This document shows, one piece after another, positions 18,810 through 27,524 of a stretch of 64,000 nucleotides of DNA. Source of the DNA: a virus (Duplodnaviria > Caudoviricetes). The position numbers were made by a program, and so were the translations under genes. How positions within the stretch are numbered: the first letter of the stretch is position 1; each line of letters opens with the position of its first letter. Under the pieces are notes generated by a model, which ran no database searches, was not told the DNA's origin, and saw nothing but the letters and a program-made list of their open reading frames with translations. Where the stretch lies: IMG/VR virus record IMGVR_UViG_3300031853_000003, positions 1 through 64,000 of that record, one strand, 5' to 3'.

Positions 18810-20117
18810 ATGAATAATCGAGATAGAATTCAGGCACGAATAGAGCGAGATAAACGGCGAAGGGCGGAGAAGAAAGCTAAGTTTGCAGCTGAATATGATT
18901 GTGTTGACAAGATCATCACACATCAACATGTAACTACGTGTTTCTTCAGGTGCAAGTGCGGAGTAATGTGGAAAGGTAAACCGCAAGTATACGCACAGCA
19001 CGGAGTATCCAACAATGATGCTATTGTACAAGGATACAAAGATGGTTCTTTGCCGAAAGTCAAGTACGTACTTGATATGCTTCACTACGAACGTGGTAAG
19101 GCTCGTGAAATAACGCCAATACAGTTCGATGATAGAATTGGACAAAGAGTATGGAATGATTACTCTTTCACTCCAATGATACAGCGAACTATCATCTATG
19201 ACAACGGAGCAAGCACTCCTGAGAAAGGAGTTCAACTTGCACGTAACCGCATGGAATTGTTTCTTCGGCGAGCAATCCGGCGGTGGGGAGAGAATTTCTA
19301 CATACTCACATTTGATTTCAAGAATTTCTTCAACAGTATTCCCCATTTGACCTGTTACAACGTACTTTCAAAGTTGTATACAAATCAATACATCATAGAT
19401 ACGCTCATGCGTATTGTCAAAGCGTATCATAAAGCAAAGATCGAGCAGTTATCTGACAGAGCTGAACGCGAAATGATGCTTGAAAAGCTCGAACGCAATG
19501 AATTGCATGGTATAACTCTCGGCAGTCATGTGTCGCAGAATTTCGCACTACTTGTACCAAGTCGTATGGATCATTATTTCAAAGACGAATGTGGAATGGA
19601 GTTTTACGAAAGATACATGGATGACGGAGATATACTATGTGATTCTAAAGAGCGGCTTCAGCAGATATACGAAGGCGCAAAGAAGATATGCACTGAACTA
19701 GGTCTAGAATTCAATGCACTGAAAACCAAGATAGTCAAAGCTACTAAAGGCTTCAGTTTCTTGAAGGTCAAGTATAAAGTAGTCGGAAAGAAGCTTATCA
19801 AGCGACTTGTAAGGTCTGGCATAGTACGAATGAGAAGAAAACTTCACAAGTTTGTACGACTTGTCAAAGAGGGTCGCATGACAAAATTAGATGTATACAA
19901 CTCAATCCAAGCGTGGGTTGCACACTCTAAGATAGCTCAGGCCTACAAGACAGTCAAGCGAATGATGAAGCTTTATAATAAATTGTTTGATGGATACTTG
20001 ATGACTAAGAAGTATCTAAAACACATCGCACCAGTAGGAGGTAGTCGACGTGAGATATTACAAATTGATAAATGGTCAACTTATCATTGGAATTGGGACG
20101 ACCGGCTCGCTGCGTAA
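18810..20117 (+). CDS. DGR reverse transcriptase
   Basis: FDFKNFFNSIPH, GITLGSHVSQ, RYMDDG, KGFSFL; directly follows the TR. Confidence 0.95.
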   Translation: MNNRDRIQARIERDKRRRAEKKAKFAAEYDCVDKIITHQHVTTCFFRCKCGVMWKGKPQVYAQHGVSNNDAIVQGYKDGSLPKVKYVLDMLHYERGKAREITPIQFDDRIGQRVWNDYSFTPMIQRTIIYDNGASTPEKGVQLARNRMELFLRRAIRRWGENFYILTFDFKNFFNSIPHLTCYNVLSKLYTNQYIIDTLMRIVKAYHKAKIEQLSDRAEREMMLEKLERNELHGITLGSHVSQNFALLVPSRMDHYFKDECGMEFYERYMDDGDILCDSKERLQQIYEGAKKICTELGLEFNALKTKIVKATKGFSFLKVKYKVVGKKLIKRLVRSGIVRMRRKLHKFVRLVKEGRMTKLDVYNSIQAWVAHSKIAQAYKTVKRMMKLYNKLFDGYLMTKKYLKHIAPVGGSRREILQIDKWSTYHWNWDDRLAA

Positions 20118-20817
20118 GCTGCAAGTTTCTAGATTCGTACAGATCATCTCCTGTACTGAAGATGAAGCTCAGTGCATCGAGTTAGTAAGGGACGGAACAG
20201 CTGTATTTTATCATGCAAGCTGGATGAAAGCTGTCCCTGACATCATTCCATCTACTAACTGTGAAGTCATACAGATTTCAAAAGAAGAGTATGATATACT
20301 CAAGCAGATTGAGGATGACGAAGGATCTGTCCCAATTGATCCAGATGTTGAGCCCGATCCAATTCCCGAACCCGATCCAGAAGATGCCGATGCTACTGTT
20401 GCATACGCAAAGGCATTGAAGATATCAGAGATGAGCAAGACTACGCATAACGTCATCATCGCAGGTATTGATGTTGAGCTGTCAGACGGTCAGTCACATC
20501 ACTTCTCGTTGACCTCGTATGATCAGACCAATCTATCTGATCTGAAAGATGAGGTTGCAGCTGGAAGCAACACCATTCCATACCACGAAGACAACGGTCC
20601 CTGCATCTTTTATTCCAATGCAGATATGTTGAAGATCATCCAGACTGCAAGACAACATGTATTCTATCACAATACATACTTCAACAGCTTGAAGATGTAT
20701 ATCAAGTCACTCAAGTCTCTGAATACTGTCGCCCAAGTAACATACGGTATGGACATACCAGAAAGGTATCAGTCAGATGTCTGGAAAGCAATTATCCACG
20801 GTCAGTATCCTGTGTAA
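20050..20817 (+). CDS. Tail fibre-associated protein (DUF4376-like)
   Basis: HFSLTSYDQTNL, PYHEDNGPC, YHNTYFNSLK; DP/EP linker. Confidence 0.6.
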   Translation: MRYYKLINGQLIIGIGTTGSLRKLQVSRFVQIISCTEDEAQCIELVRDGTAVFYHASWMKAVPDIIPSTNCEVIQISKEEYDILKQIEDDEGSVPIDPDVEPDPIPEPDPEDADATVAYAKALKISEMSKTTHNVIIAGIDVELSDGQSHHFSLTSYDQTNLSDLKDEVAAGSNTIPYHEDNGPCIFYSNADMLKIIQTARQHVFYHNTYFNSLKMYIKSLKSLNTVAQVTYGMDIPERYQSDVWKAIIHGQYPV

Positions 20818-21214
20818 GTATCTTATCTTATTTGCTGTAGGTGGGGGAGTCTACTGCGGACTGGAGCAGATCTTCAGAGGTAGAACTCACTGGACAATGT
20901 TCATAGTAGGTGGGCTGTGCTTTATCTTCTGTGGTCTGCTCAACGAGCTACGAGAAGACGCCTCACTCTGGCAACAGATGCTTCTTGGATCCGCTATCAT
21001 AACAACTATAGAGTTCATCTCAGGATGTATCGTCAATCTAACTCTTGGATGGAATGTTTGGGATTATAGCAATATACCTTTGAATGTTCTAGGACAAATT
21101 TGTCTACCATTTTCACTATTATGGTGCTTGGTGGCGCTCGTGGCGATCTTTCTAGATGATCTCGTTAGATATCTGCTATTCAAGGAAAAGTTTCCACATT
21201 ATCATTTCTTTTGA
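20777..21214 (+). CDS. Four-TM membrane protein ('putative ABC transporter permease'-like family often seen next to phage fibre genes)
   Basis: GGGVY..LE..FRGRTHWTMFIVGG, EFISG, WDYS, GQICLPF. Confidence 0.7.
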   Translation: MSGKQLSTVSILCKYLILFAVGGGVYCGLEQIFRGRTHWTMFIVGGLCFIFCGLLNELREDASLWQQMLLGSAIITTIEFISGCIVNLTLGWNVWDYSNIPLNVLGQICLPFSLLWCLVALVAIFLDDLVRYLLFKEKFPHYHFF

Positions 21215-21219
21215 TCTCA

Positions 21220-21250
21220 AGGCGCAGCGCCAAAGCTGCGCCTATTGTTT
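21220..21250 (+). terminator. Intrinsic terminator
   Basis: AGGCGCAGC-gccaaa-GCTGCGCCT then T-rich. Confidence 0.7.
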
Positions 21251-21256
21251 TGAATT

Positions 21257-21262
21257 TCGTTA
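21257..21262 (+). promoter_or_regulatory. TCGTTA motif
   Basis: Upstream of 21297. Confidence 0.55.
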
Positions 21263-21296
21263 AACACATCATAAACATATCATATGAGGTGATAAC

Positions 21297-21656
21297 ATGA
21301 TGAATTTCATAGCACCTGGGATAGGTCCTGTGTTATTCAATATCAGAGGTGAGCAAGTCAAGAAAACTCCTTTCACACATCCTTATGGCTATGATCCATT
21401 CTGCATATGGAGGAAGGATTGGCACGACACTGATCATGTCGTCTATTCTGATAGACTCATAGAGTGGGACACTCAGAAGTACTTTGACTCATTAGAAGCT
21501 GCAGGCATAAAGGTCATCTCGCAAGCTACACCTGAGCAAATAGAGAAGTTTCTCAGGATATACTTCGACAAAGACACATTGACCCTCACAGGTATCGAAG
21601 AATGGTGCCATCACGCAAATGGTAACACATACTACATGTATTACCACAGAACCTGA
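21297..21656 (+). CDS. Hypothetical protein
   Basis: GAGGTG RBS. Confidence 0.7.
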   Translation: MMNFIAPGIGPVLFNIRGEQVKKTPFTHPYGYDPFCIWRKDWHDTDHVVYSDRLIEWDTQKYFDSLEAAGIKVISQATPEQIEKFLRIYFDKDTLTLTGIEEWCHHANGNTYYMYYHRT

Positions 21657-21671
21657 ATTTTATGCTGCGCT

Positions 21672-21681
21672 ACCTTATATA
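21672..21681 (+). promoter_or_regulatory. ACCTTNNATA motif
   Basis: ACCTTATATA before a cluster of leader-bearing genes. Confidence 0.65.
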
Positions 21682-21720
21682 GATACAGTCGAGAATAGAT
21701 TCTCAAGGTAGGTGAATGTC

Positions 21721-22032
21721 ATGAAGAGGGTATTATCAGCAACTACTCTCAAGGGTAGCGATAAGGGAAAGCTCCTTGAAGCACTCTTAGAGATAACTGA
21801 TGCTGTACCACTTCCTGACGACAGATACTCTTGGGATCTCAAGATTCATGATGAACCCGACTCACTTGGCGTCACATTTATAGTCAAGTGGTATGATGAA
21901 GATGTCGATCAATGGTATCGTAACATAGAAGAGTACGGTACTACAATCGACGAAATTATCGCTAACAACGACTTCTATGAGGACATGATTGAATTCTTGT
22001 CTCATGAAGTTGAAGGTAGCGGATACGTGTAA
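21721..22032 (+). CDS. Acidic protein with basic leader (MKRVLSAT)
   Basis: AGGTG RBS; shared N-terminal motif. Confidence 0.7.
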   Translation: MKRVLSATTLKGSDKGKLLEALLEITDAVPLPDDRYSWDLKIHDEPDSLGVTFIVKWYDEDVDQWYRNIEEYGTTIDEIIANNDFYEDMIEFLSHEVEGSGYV

Positions 22033-22045
22033 GGAGTTGAAACAT

Positions 22046-22393
22046 ATGAAGCCTAGAAAGTTTACTGTATCTCCGAAGGCAGTAACTGCCTCTAAGGACA
22101 CAGTATTTTCCGGTACAGATGATCACAGAACTAACTCTCGTCTTCTCATCGGTACTGATGTTGAAGCTACTTTGGGCTACGCCATTGATGGCCTCATCGA
22201 TATTTTCACGACCAAATTAGAGCAGTCAGCTGATAACATCAGCTTCGCCAACAAGAATCTGAGAGGTATTCAGTACTTTGTCAGCATCATAGAAGATTGT
22301 ATGCCTGACGACCTCACAGATTACAAGATTTCAAGACGTGATATGATCATGCACGATGATGATACATCATGGGCTGAAATCAACAACTCATGA
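22046..22393 (+). CDS. Protein with basic leader (MKPRKFTVSPKAVTAS)
   Basis: AAGGAG RBS places the start at 22046. Confidence 0.7.
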   Translation: MKPRKFTVSPKAVTASKDTVFSGTDDHRTNSRLLIGTDVEATLGYAIDGLIDIFTTKLEQSADNISFANKNLRGIQYFVSIIEDCMPDDLTDYKISRRDMIMHDDDTSWAEINNS

Positions 22394-22414
22394 TTTAACA
22401 GTGGGAGAATTGAT

Positions 22415-22675
22415 ATGGCAAGAAGAAAATTCACTGTAATGGCTGACAGCAACAATGATGATATCAAAAGAGCTGCAAGAGCAGAAGCAGAGTGGAGCGC
22501 AAGACTTTCATACAAAAACATCGAACGAATAGCAGATGATCTCGCACAGCTTCTTGATGACGTAAGCAGGATGGACAATGTGAATGATTACCTTGACGAA
22601 TACGATCTTGATCACATCGGCAGTGCTGTTGATGCACTGTATGACTTTGCACAAGCAAAAGCGAACGACGAATAA
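22415..22675 (+). CDS. Acidic protein with basic leader (MARRKFTVMADS)
   Basis: GGGAG RBS. Confidence 0.7.
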   Translation: MARRKFTVMADSNNDDIKRAARAEAEWSARLSYKNIERIADDLAQLLDDVSRMDNVNDYLDEYDLDHIGSAVDALYDFAQAKANDE

Positions 22676-22700
22676 ACCATCTTACAACGAAAACAGAACC
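22629..22700 (+). repeat. Degenerate direct repeat, copy 1 (copy 2 at 23673-23737)
   Basis: TTGATGCACT...AAGCGAACGA.GAATAA...TCTTACA shared by both copies. Confidence 0.75.
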
Positions 22701-22825
22701 TGACACGCCTCTCAAAGAAGCGTACCACGTCAGGCCATATAAGAAACATCTCCGCTAGGTACAGATTACTTAGCGGAGATGTTTGCGCAGCAAGGAAAAT
22801 CAAATTTGTTAAGGAGATTTGAGCT

Positions 22826-23668
22826 ATGAAAAGAGTAATAAACGCCACCACAGACGGAGCTAGCTTAAAAAGTAAGTTAGCAGGATATGAAGATGAAATT
22901 TACACTGCCATCCAAGATCAGTTCCCTGGATTATCTATTCAACCTGAAAATATCGTGATTGACGAACTTCACATACATTTACAGGATTTAAGCATACAAG
23001 AACTAATGATGAATGTTATGTCAGAAGAGGATTGGAGTCATACCTGGTATGTAAAAGATACTCCTAATCTAGTAGAGGATTTTCGAGATCCTGACATTGT
23101 AGATTATGTTATTTCTAAATTAGGTCCAACATTTAATGAATCTTACTTTGTTACTATTTTTAAGGAAACGATACGAGCAAGCTCAGCTTCAGAATTGTTT
23201 GAGCGTGTTGTCCGGAGTATCAGTAGCAATGGCTCATACACTTTCATTGCTACTGAACATGAAATCATTTCTGCGGTACTGCAATATGAGCTGACGGTCA
23301 AGGGAAATTTTGCAGATCCCGAATATTTCAGATGGATGACTGTGAAAGAGTTGTTTGGAAGTAACCCTGTGTTTGATGAAACAGGAGATATTGAATCTGA
23401 CCTCGATACTGCATATTCGGAATTAGAATCTGCAATATCTGAAATAGTTCCAGGATTTAGTATTTCTGTAGATAGATCAGACTCCGCCAGAGGGCAATTC
23501 GTAGACGTTGCGAATTTCAACTTTGCAAATAAAACAAGAAGAATAACTCTCAAATCTGTAGATTTGCTAAAACCGCATGCTTCAAGAGGCGTTAAGGGTC
23601 TGATGATGCACATACTCAATCGATTATCTGGAAAATCAAGGAAAGGTGTAAGTGACATTCGCAATTGA
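22826..23668 (+). CDS. Acidic protein with basic leader (MKRVINATT)
   Basis: AAGGAG RBS; AT-richer than neighbours. Confidence 0.75.
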   Translation: MKRVINATTDGASLKSKLAGYEDEIYTAIQDQFPGLSIQPENIVIDELHIHLQDLSIQELMMNVMSEEDWSHTWYVKDTPNLVEDFRDPDIVDYVISKLGPTFNESYFVTIFKETIRASSASELFERVVRSISSNGSYTFIATEHEIISAVLQYELTVKGNFADPEYFRWMTVKELFGSNPVFDETGDIESDLDTAYSELESAISEIVPGFSISVDRSDSARGQFVDVANFNFANKTRRITLKSVDLLKPHASRGVKGLMMHILNRLSGKSRKGVSDIRN

Positions 23669-23672
23669 TCAC

Positions 23673-23737
23673 TTGATGCACTATGCGATTTCGTACAAGC
23701 GAACGATGAATAACTTGTCTTACAGTGAAGCAGCACC
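23673..23737 (+). repeat. Degenerate direct repeat, copy 2
   Basis: Relic of the 3' end of gene 22415-22675. Confidence 0.75.
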
Positions 23738-23760
23738 AGATTCCAAGGTGCTGCTTTTAT
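23728..23760 (+). terminator. Intrinsic terminator
   Basis: AAGCAGCACC...GGTGCTGCTT-TTAT. Confidence 0.75.
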
Positions 23761-23771
23761 TTGTGTAAAAA

Positions 23772-23777
23772 TCGTTA
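23772..23777 (+). promoter_or_regulatory. TCGTTA motif
   Basis: Upstream of 23793. Confidence 0.55.
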
Positions 23778-23792
23778 TGTATAGTAACACAC

Positions 23793-24386
23793 ATGAGAAA
23801 GAGGATAAGATACATGTTCAAGAATGATGTATTTCAGTTAGTGAATGAGCGGCCATGCGGTGATCCTACATGTTGGTCATTCGACGTTGAGTTTGATGAA
23901 CCTACTACCGTGTATGACTTTCTCAAAGAGGTTTCGACGAAACTTCGTCGAAATAGTATTCAGGTGGAGCACGGTACTGTAACTATCTATGACAAGCTGT
24001 ATCCATCTATCGAAGATGTTAAAAACGCTATATCTATCAGTTACAGACCAGACGGAGGCATGGACATAGATAGCTTGCCTGTAGAGATACTGCAGTCATA
24101 CATTCATTCCGCGAAAGCTGATGGCGGTTGGGGATTGATGAATTATGATCTGTATCTGTCAAAAGGCGACGAGGAATCTGAACTCAACTCTCGAGCAAGA
24201 TTCATCAAAACAACAGATGAACAGAATGAACGTATCACAAAGATACGCAAAGCATTCTCTGACATATACAACGCAGTCGAAGACATATGCGAATCCGGAC
24301 GAGAAACATCACTCGTCTTCACTAAGCTCGAAGAAGCACAGTTTTGGGCGATCAAAGGCATAACACGAGAGGATGTGAGGAAATGA
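23793..24386 (+). CDS. Unknown N-terminal domain fused to an Acb2/Tad1-like helical hairpin
   Basis: C-terminal ICESGRETSLVFTKLEEAQFWAIKGITR. Confidence 0.6.
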   Translation: MRKRIRYMFKNDVFQLVNERPCGDPTCWSFDVEFDEPTTVYDFLKEVSTKLRRNSIQVEHGTVTIYDKLYPSIEDVKNAISISYRPDGGMDIDSLPVEILQSYIHSAKADGGWGLMNYDLYLSKGDEESELNSRARFIKTTDEQNERITKIRKAFSDIYNAVEDICESGRETSLVFTKLEEAQFWAIKGITREDVRK

Positions 24387-24574
24387 CCGTAGAGGAACTG
24401 ATAGGTTCATGCGAGAACCTTGAAGACATCGACGTCACAATATATTGCAGTGACACTCAAGAATTCAGCGGCCAAGGCTGCGATGTACCTGAACAGCTAG
24501 GTTATCTCTCAGTAGACCACTACAGCCTAGAAACATTTCATAGCAAGGTACATGTGCTCATCTCTGCAGAGTAA
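24383..24574 (+). CDS. Small hypothetical protein
   Basis: ATGA overlap with the upstream stop. Confidence 0.55.
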   Translation: MTVEELIGSCENLEDIDVTIYCSDTQEFSGQGCDVPEQLGYLSVDHYSLETFHSKVHVLISAE

Positions 24575-24585
24575 CAGAAAAGTCG

Positions 24586-24595
24586 ACCTTTAATA
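24586..24595 (+). promoter_or_regulatory. ACCTTNNATA motif (extended AAAGTCGACCTT form) followed by a 12-bp hairpin
   Basis: AAAGTCGACCTTTAATA; TAGCTGTGATAA/TTATCACAGCTA. Confidence 0.65.
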
Positions 24596-24642
24596 GCTGT
24601 GATAAATATTATCACAGCTAATTCGATGTAAAGAGAGGTCAT

Positions 24643-24972
24643 ATGATGAAACGAACATTCACAAAGAGGCCTGTTACAGCTTCAACTCAATCACCTGTAG
24701 AAGGAGATTACAGAGAGTTTTTCTGGAAACACGTCAATGGAGAGCTTCGTATCTATTCGTCACGTACTGGGTGGGAGTATTGTGTATGCGAGTTGGAAGC
24801 AAGTAAATTTGACACCAAGCGTGCTTCTGCCGATATTCTGTGTATCATTCGTTGTAGCGACGAAGGTTATGAATTTCCACTTGAGGAGAATACTTGTTTC
24901 ATGTTCGGTGCAGGTTCGTCTACTGTAGAAGATGTAATTGATACAATCGTAGAACACTGGCCAGTTGAATAA
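24643..24972 (+). CDS. Protein with basic leader (MKRTFTKRPVTAS)
   Basis: GAGGT RBS. Confidence 0.75.
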   Translation: MMKRTFTKRPVTASTQSPVEGDYREFFWKHVNGELRIYSSRTGWEYCVCELEASKFDTKRASADILCIIRCSDEGYEFPLEENTCFMFGAGSSTVEDVIDTIVEHWPVE

Positions 24973-24999
24973 CGCTAGCTGTCAGGTAGATCTTTGCAG

Positions 25000-25028
25000 A
25001 GCGTCGTACATTCTGTGCGACGCTTTTC
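25000..25028 (+). terminator. Intrinsic terminator
   Basis: AGCGTCGTACA-ttc-TGTGCGACGCT-TTT. Confidence 0.7.
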
Positions 25029-25034
25029 TATGAA

Positions 25035-25040
25035 TCGTTA
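25035..25040 (+). promoter_or_regulatory. TCGTTA motif
   Basis: Upstream of 25082. Confidence 0.55.
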
Positions 25041-25081
25041 AACAACATATCAAGCTAATCATAACATATGGAGGCATAATC

Positions 25082-25807
25082 ATGAATACAGATGCAGCTG
25101 TTAGGGACACATATGTGCGACATGTTGAAAATCAGACAACTTGGCTCAAAGAGATCTGCAGAGAAGTTTCCATGCAGAGCACTGTTACACTCAGTTACTT
25201 AGATGCTCTGAGGACAAGAATATCGATTACAGCTGATGCACTCAATGCAAGATTACCATACATCTCTGATGAAATTGATAATCCTGAAAGTTATGACGAG
25301 TTCAAGGATTTGCCGCTGTCTGAGCTTGAAGTTGTTTTTGATAACTGGAGGAAGTATAAACTTCTCCAGAAGAGCTTTTCGACTATCCAATCAACTATCA
25401 GTTCTCTTGAAAAGGCAGTTGATAGAATAGATAATCTCAACAGATCACTGTTGTTCACGAATAAGGGCGAAATTCCAAACGAGAAGCCAATTTCAAGATC
25501 AAAATCAATCGACCTGTTGATTGATATAGAGAATGCAGTATCTCAGGAAGTTGATCCAGCTGAGCTGATGTGCAACCCTACACAGCGTAGCGAATCACTT
25601 GTACGAGATTATTTCTGTACACTTGTAGCAGAGATTCTCAGATCGTCGCTTCGTCCTGTCGATATAACCGATAAACTTCTTTCTGCGCTTAGGGAAGAAA
25701 ATCGTCATAAGCTGTATTGGGCTTGCCAAACAATTTTAGGCCAGTGTTCTATTGCATACTGTATAGATTTGTATGCTATCAACAAGACGACGACATTGCT
25801 GGAATGA
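25082..25807 (+). CDS. Helical hypothetical protein
   Basis: GGAGG RBS. Confidence 0.75.
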   Translation: MNTDAAVRDTYVRHVENQTTWLKEICREVSMQSTVTLSYLDALRTRISITADALNARLPYISDEIDNPESYDEFKDLPLSELEVVFDNWRKYKLLQKSFSTIQSTISSLEKAVDRIDNLNRSLLFTNKGEIPNEKPISRSKSIDLLIDIENAVSQEVDPAELMCNPTQRSESLVRDYFCTLVAEILRSSLRPVDITDKLLSALREENRHKLYWACQTILGQCSIAYCIDLYAINKTTTLLE

Positions 25808-25842
25808 TCCTCAGGAACATAGAATTTAACTAGGAGGTCTAT

Positions 25843-26253
25843 ATGTCTAAAGCATTACTCATCAGCGTTGATGTAAAGGCTTGCGATAAGATATTTCGCC
25901 TAGGTCATGCTACAATTAAGATCAAAGGATCTCCTTGCAGAATAGGGCTCCCTTTCAAGGTGTATGTACATGAAAAGCAGCATAGGACTATTGAAGGAAT
26001 CGGCAGCGGCAGTGTAGTAGGAGAATTCATCTGCAAGAATATCATATACAGAGGTGACGCTGAATGTGAACTTGCGATAATCTGCCCTATGTACTATGAT
26101 ATGCCATTACACATCAAAGACTTCTGTAGGCCATGCGGACGTCCGCATGAATGCACTTGTGACTACTGTAAAGAGCATGGAGCAAGCAGTCCGCTATCCT
26201 CCGCACCAACTATATTTACATATGTAGAATCATTACCAGAGGGTGAGGTCTGA
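25843..26253 (+). CDS. ASCH/PUA-like domain protein
   Basis: ALLISV, PFKVYV, G.VVGEFIC, APTIFTYV; paralog of 37295. Confidence 0.55.
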   Translation: MSKALLISVDVKACDKIFRLGHATIKIKGSPCRIGLPFKVYVHEKQHRTIEGIGSGSVVGEFICKNIIYRGDAECELAIICPMYYDMPLHIKDFCRPCGRPHECTCDYCKEHGASSPLSSAPTIFTYVESLPEGEV

Positions 26254-26330
26254 TGTTAGAATCAAATTATCTCAAGCGATCAATGATTCATACGCTGTTC
26301 TATAACTAGGTGTCTCGTAACATATGCGAC

Positions 26331-26340
26331 ACCTTTTATA
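26331..26340 (+). promoter_or_regulatory. ACCTTNNATA motif
   Basis: ACCTTTTATA before 26400. Confidence 0.65.
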
Positions 26341-26399
26341 ATGATGTTATATACTTTGTAACAATGCGATCAAATATCTGAAAGGTGAGGTAGATTAAC

Positions 26400-26855
26400 A
26401 TGAAAAGAAAGTTCACTAAAGCACCAGTAGCTGCTGCAGCGGAGCCGACCAACAATATCTCTTCTGCTTCTACTGTACTTAGTATGTTATCTGAAGCAGG
26501 AATTGACACAACTAAACATCAATATGTAGCACGGAGTGTAGACGGTGATGGCGAGGTCTCGGAACTCAGATTTTATGCTCCAGGCGACTGGATGGCGTTA
26601 TGGGTCACCCAAACCGGTGATGTCCCTACGTTTGAAAGTATGTGTGCCAGATTCAACGGTGTTGAAGAACTGATAGATAATCTGGAGTGGCATATAAGTA
26701 AATATCCTTCCGTGGATAAATTCAGGTTCGGGGAACATGTAACTTCGTGGAGTAACCAAAAAGAACTGCACACATTTGAGTTATACAACAATGATACAGG
26801 TGACCTTCTTATAGGTGATTACTTTATATCTGATGTATCAGAGTATGATTGGTAG
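26400..26855 (+). CDS. Acidic protein with basic leader (MKRKFTKAPVAAA)
   Basis: GAGGT RBS. Confidence 0.75.
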   Translation: MKRKFTKAPVAAAAEPTNNISSASTVLSMLSEAGIDTTKHQYVARSVDGDGEVSELRFYAPGDWMALWVTQTGDVPTFESMCARFNGVEELIDNLEWHISKYPSVDKFRFGEHVTSWSNQKELHTFELYNNDTGDLLIGDYFISDVSEYDW

Positions 26856-26907
26856 TGTTACTAATTGCTACGAAGCAGGAATTGGTTAATATCTACTAAC
26901 AAAGTCG

Positions 26908-26917
26908 ACCTTTAATA
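26908..26917 (+). promoter_or_regulatory. ACCTTNNATA motif (extended AAAGTCGACCTT form)
   Basis: AAAGTCGACCTTTAATA. Confidence 0.65.
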
Positions 26918-26992
26918 TCTGTAGATGGGATGACCATCTCGCGATCCTAGATGATAGAAACTTATCAATTTTAATCAAGGAGGCCATAATTT

Positions 26993-27445
26993 ATGAAAAA
27001 GATGATACGTTCTAGTACGATTTCCGTATACCATGATAGCGTTCCGGATGATTTTTATCAAAATCCTAGCAGAGATACGATTGCTAGCTATCGGAAACTG
27101 GCTGAGCAGATTAAGGCGTTAAAACTGCCATATGTCCGTGTTGAGCCCAGACAATCTTATGTTCGTATCAGATATGCACAAAAGATCAAGCGTAGAGATT
27201 ACGACATGTTCCTTGAATCTTATCCTGAAGTAGCTCCTATTAACCACTGCATGACCATCGATGTATCTACCCTGTTAGAAAATATCTCTAACGATGTTGC
27301 AAACAATATTTGTAATAGCATCGAAGGGGTTCATGTTGAGGTTCTTATTCACGATTATAACAACACCATCAGGTGGCTTGGCGACGTTGATACACTTCAC
27401 CCTATAGATGATTTGTCCTTCCTTATGCATGTTACGTTTGAGTAG
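26993..27445 (+). CDS. Protein with basic leader (MKKMIRSS)
   Basis: AAGGAGG RBS. Confidence 0.75.
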   Translation: MKKMIRSSTISVYHDSVPDDFYQNPSRDTIASYRKLAEQIKALKLPYVRVEPRQSYVRIRYAQKIKRRDYDMFLESYPEVAPINHCMTIDVSTLLENISNDVANNICNSIEGVHVEVLIHDYNNTIRWLGDVDTLHPIDDLSFLMHVTFE

Positions 27446-27456
27446 GTGTAAAGTCG

Positions 27457-27466
27457 ACCTTAAATA
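27457..27466 (+). promoter_or_regulatory. ACCTTNNATA motif (extended form) followed by an 11-bp hairpin
   Basis: AAAGTCGACCTTAAATA; GCAGCATCACT/AGTGATGCTGC. Confidence 0.65.
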
Positions 27467-27524
27467 AATGCAGCATCACTTTCTATGAGTGATGCTGCTA
27501 TTACTTTGTTTGGAGTGAAACACT

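Larger units (their letters stand above)
17312..20117 (+). mobile_element. Diversity-generating retroelement (VR-hairpin-avd-TR-RT)
   Basis: All canonical components in order; TR/VR mismatches only at adenines. Confidence 0.97.

Noticed and set aside
18810-20117. RT as a group II intron, retron or Abi RT
   Set aside because: The adjacent TR/VR pair with adenine-only mismatches and an avd-like gene identify it as a DGR RT; no interrupted host gene
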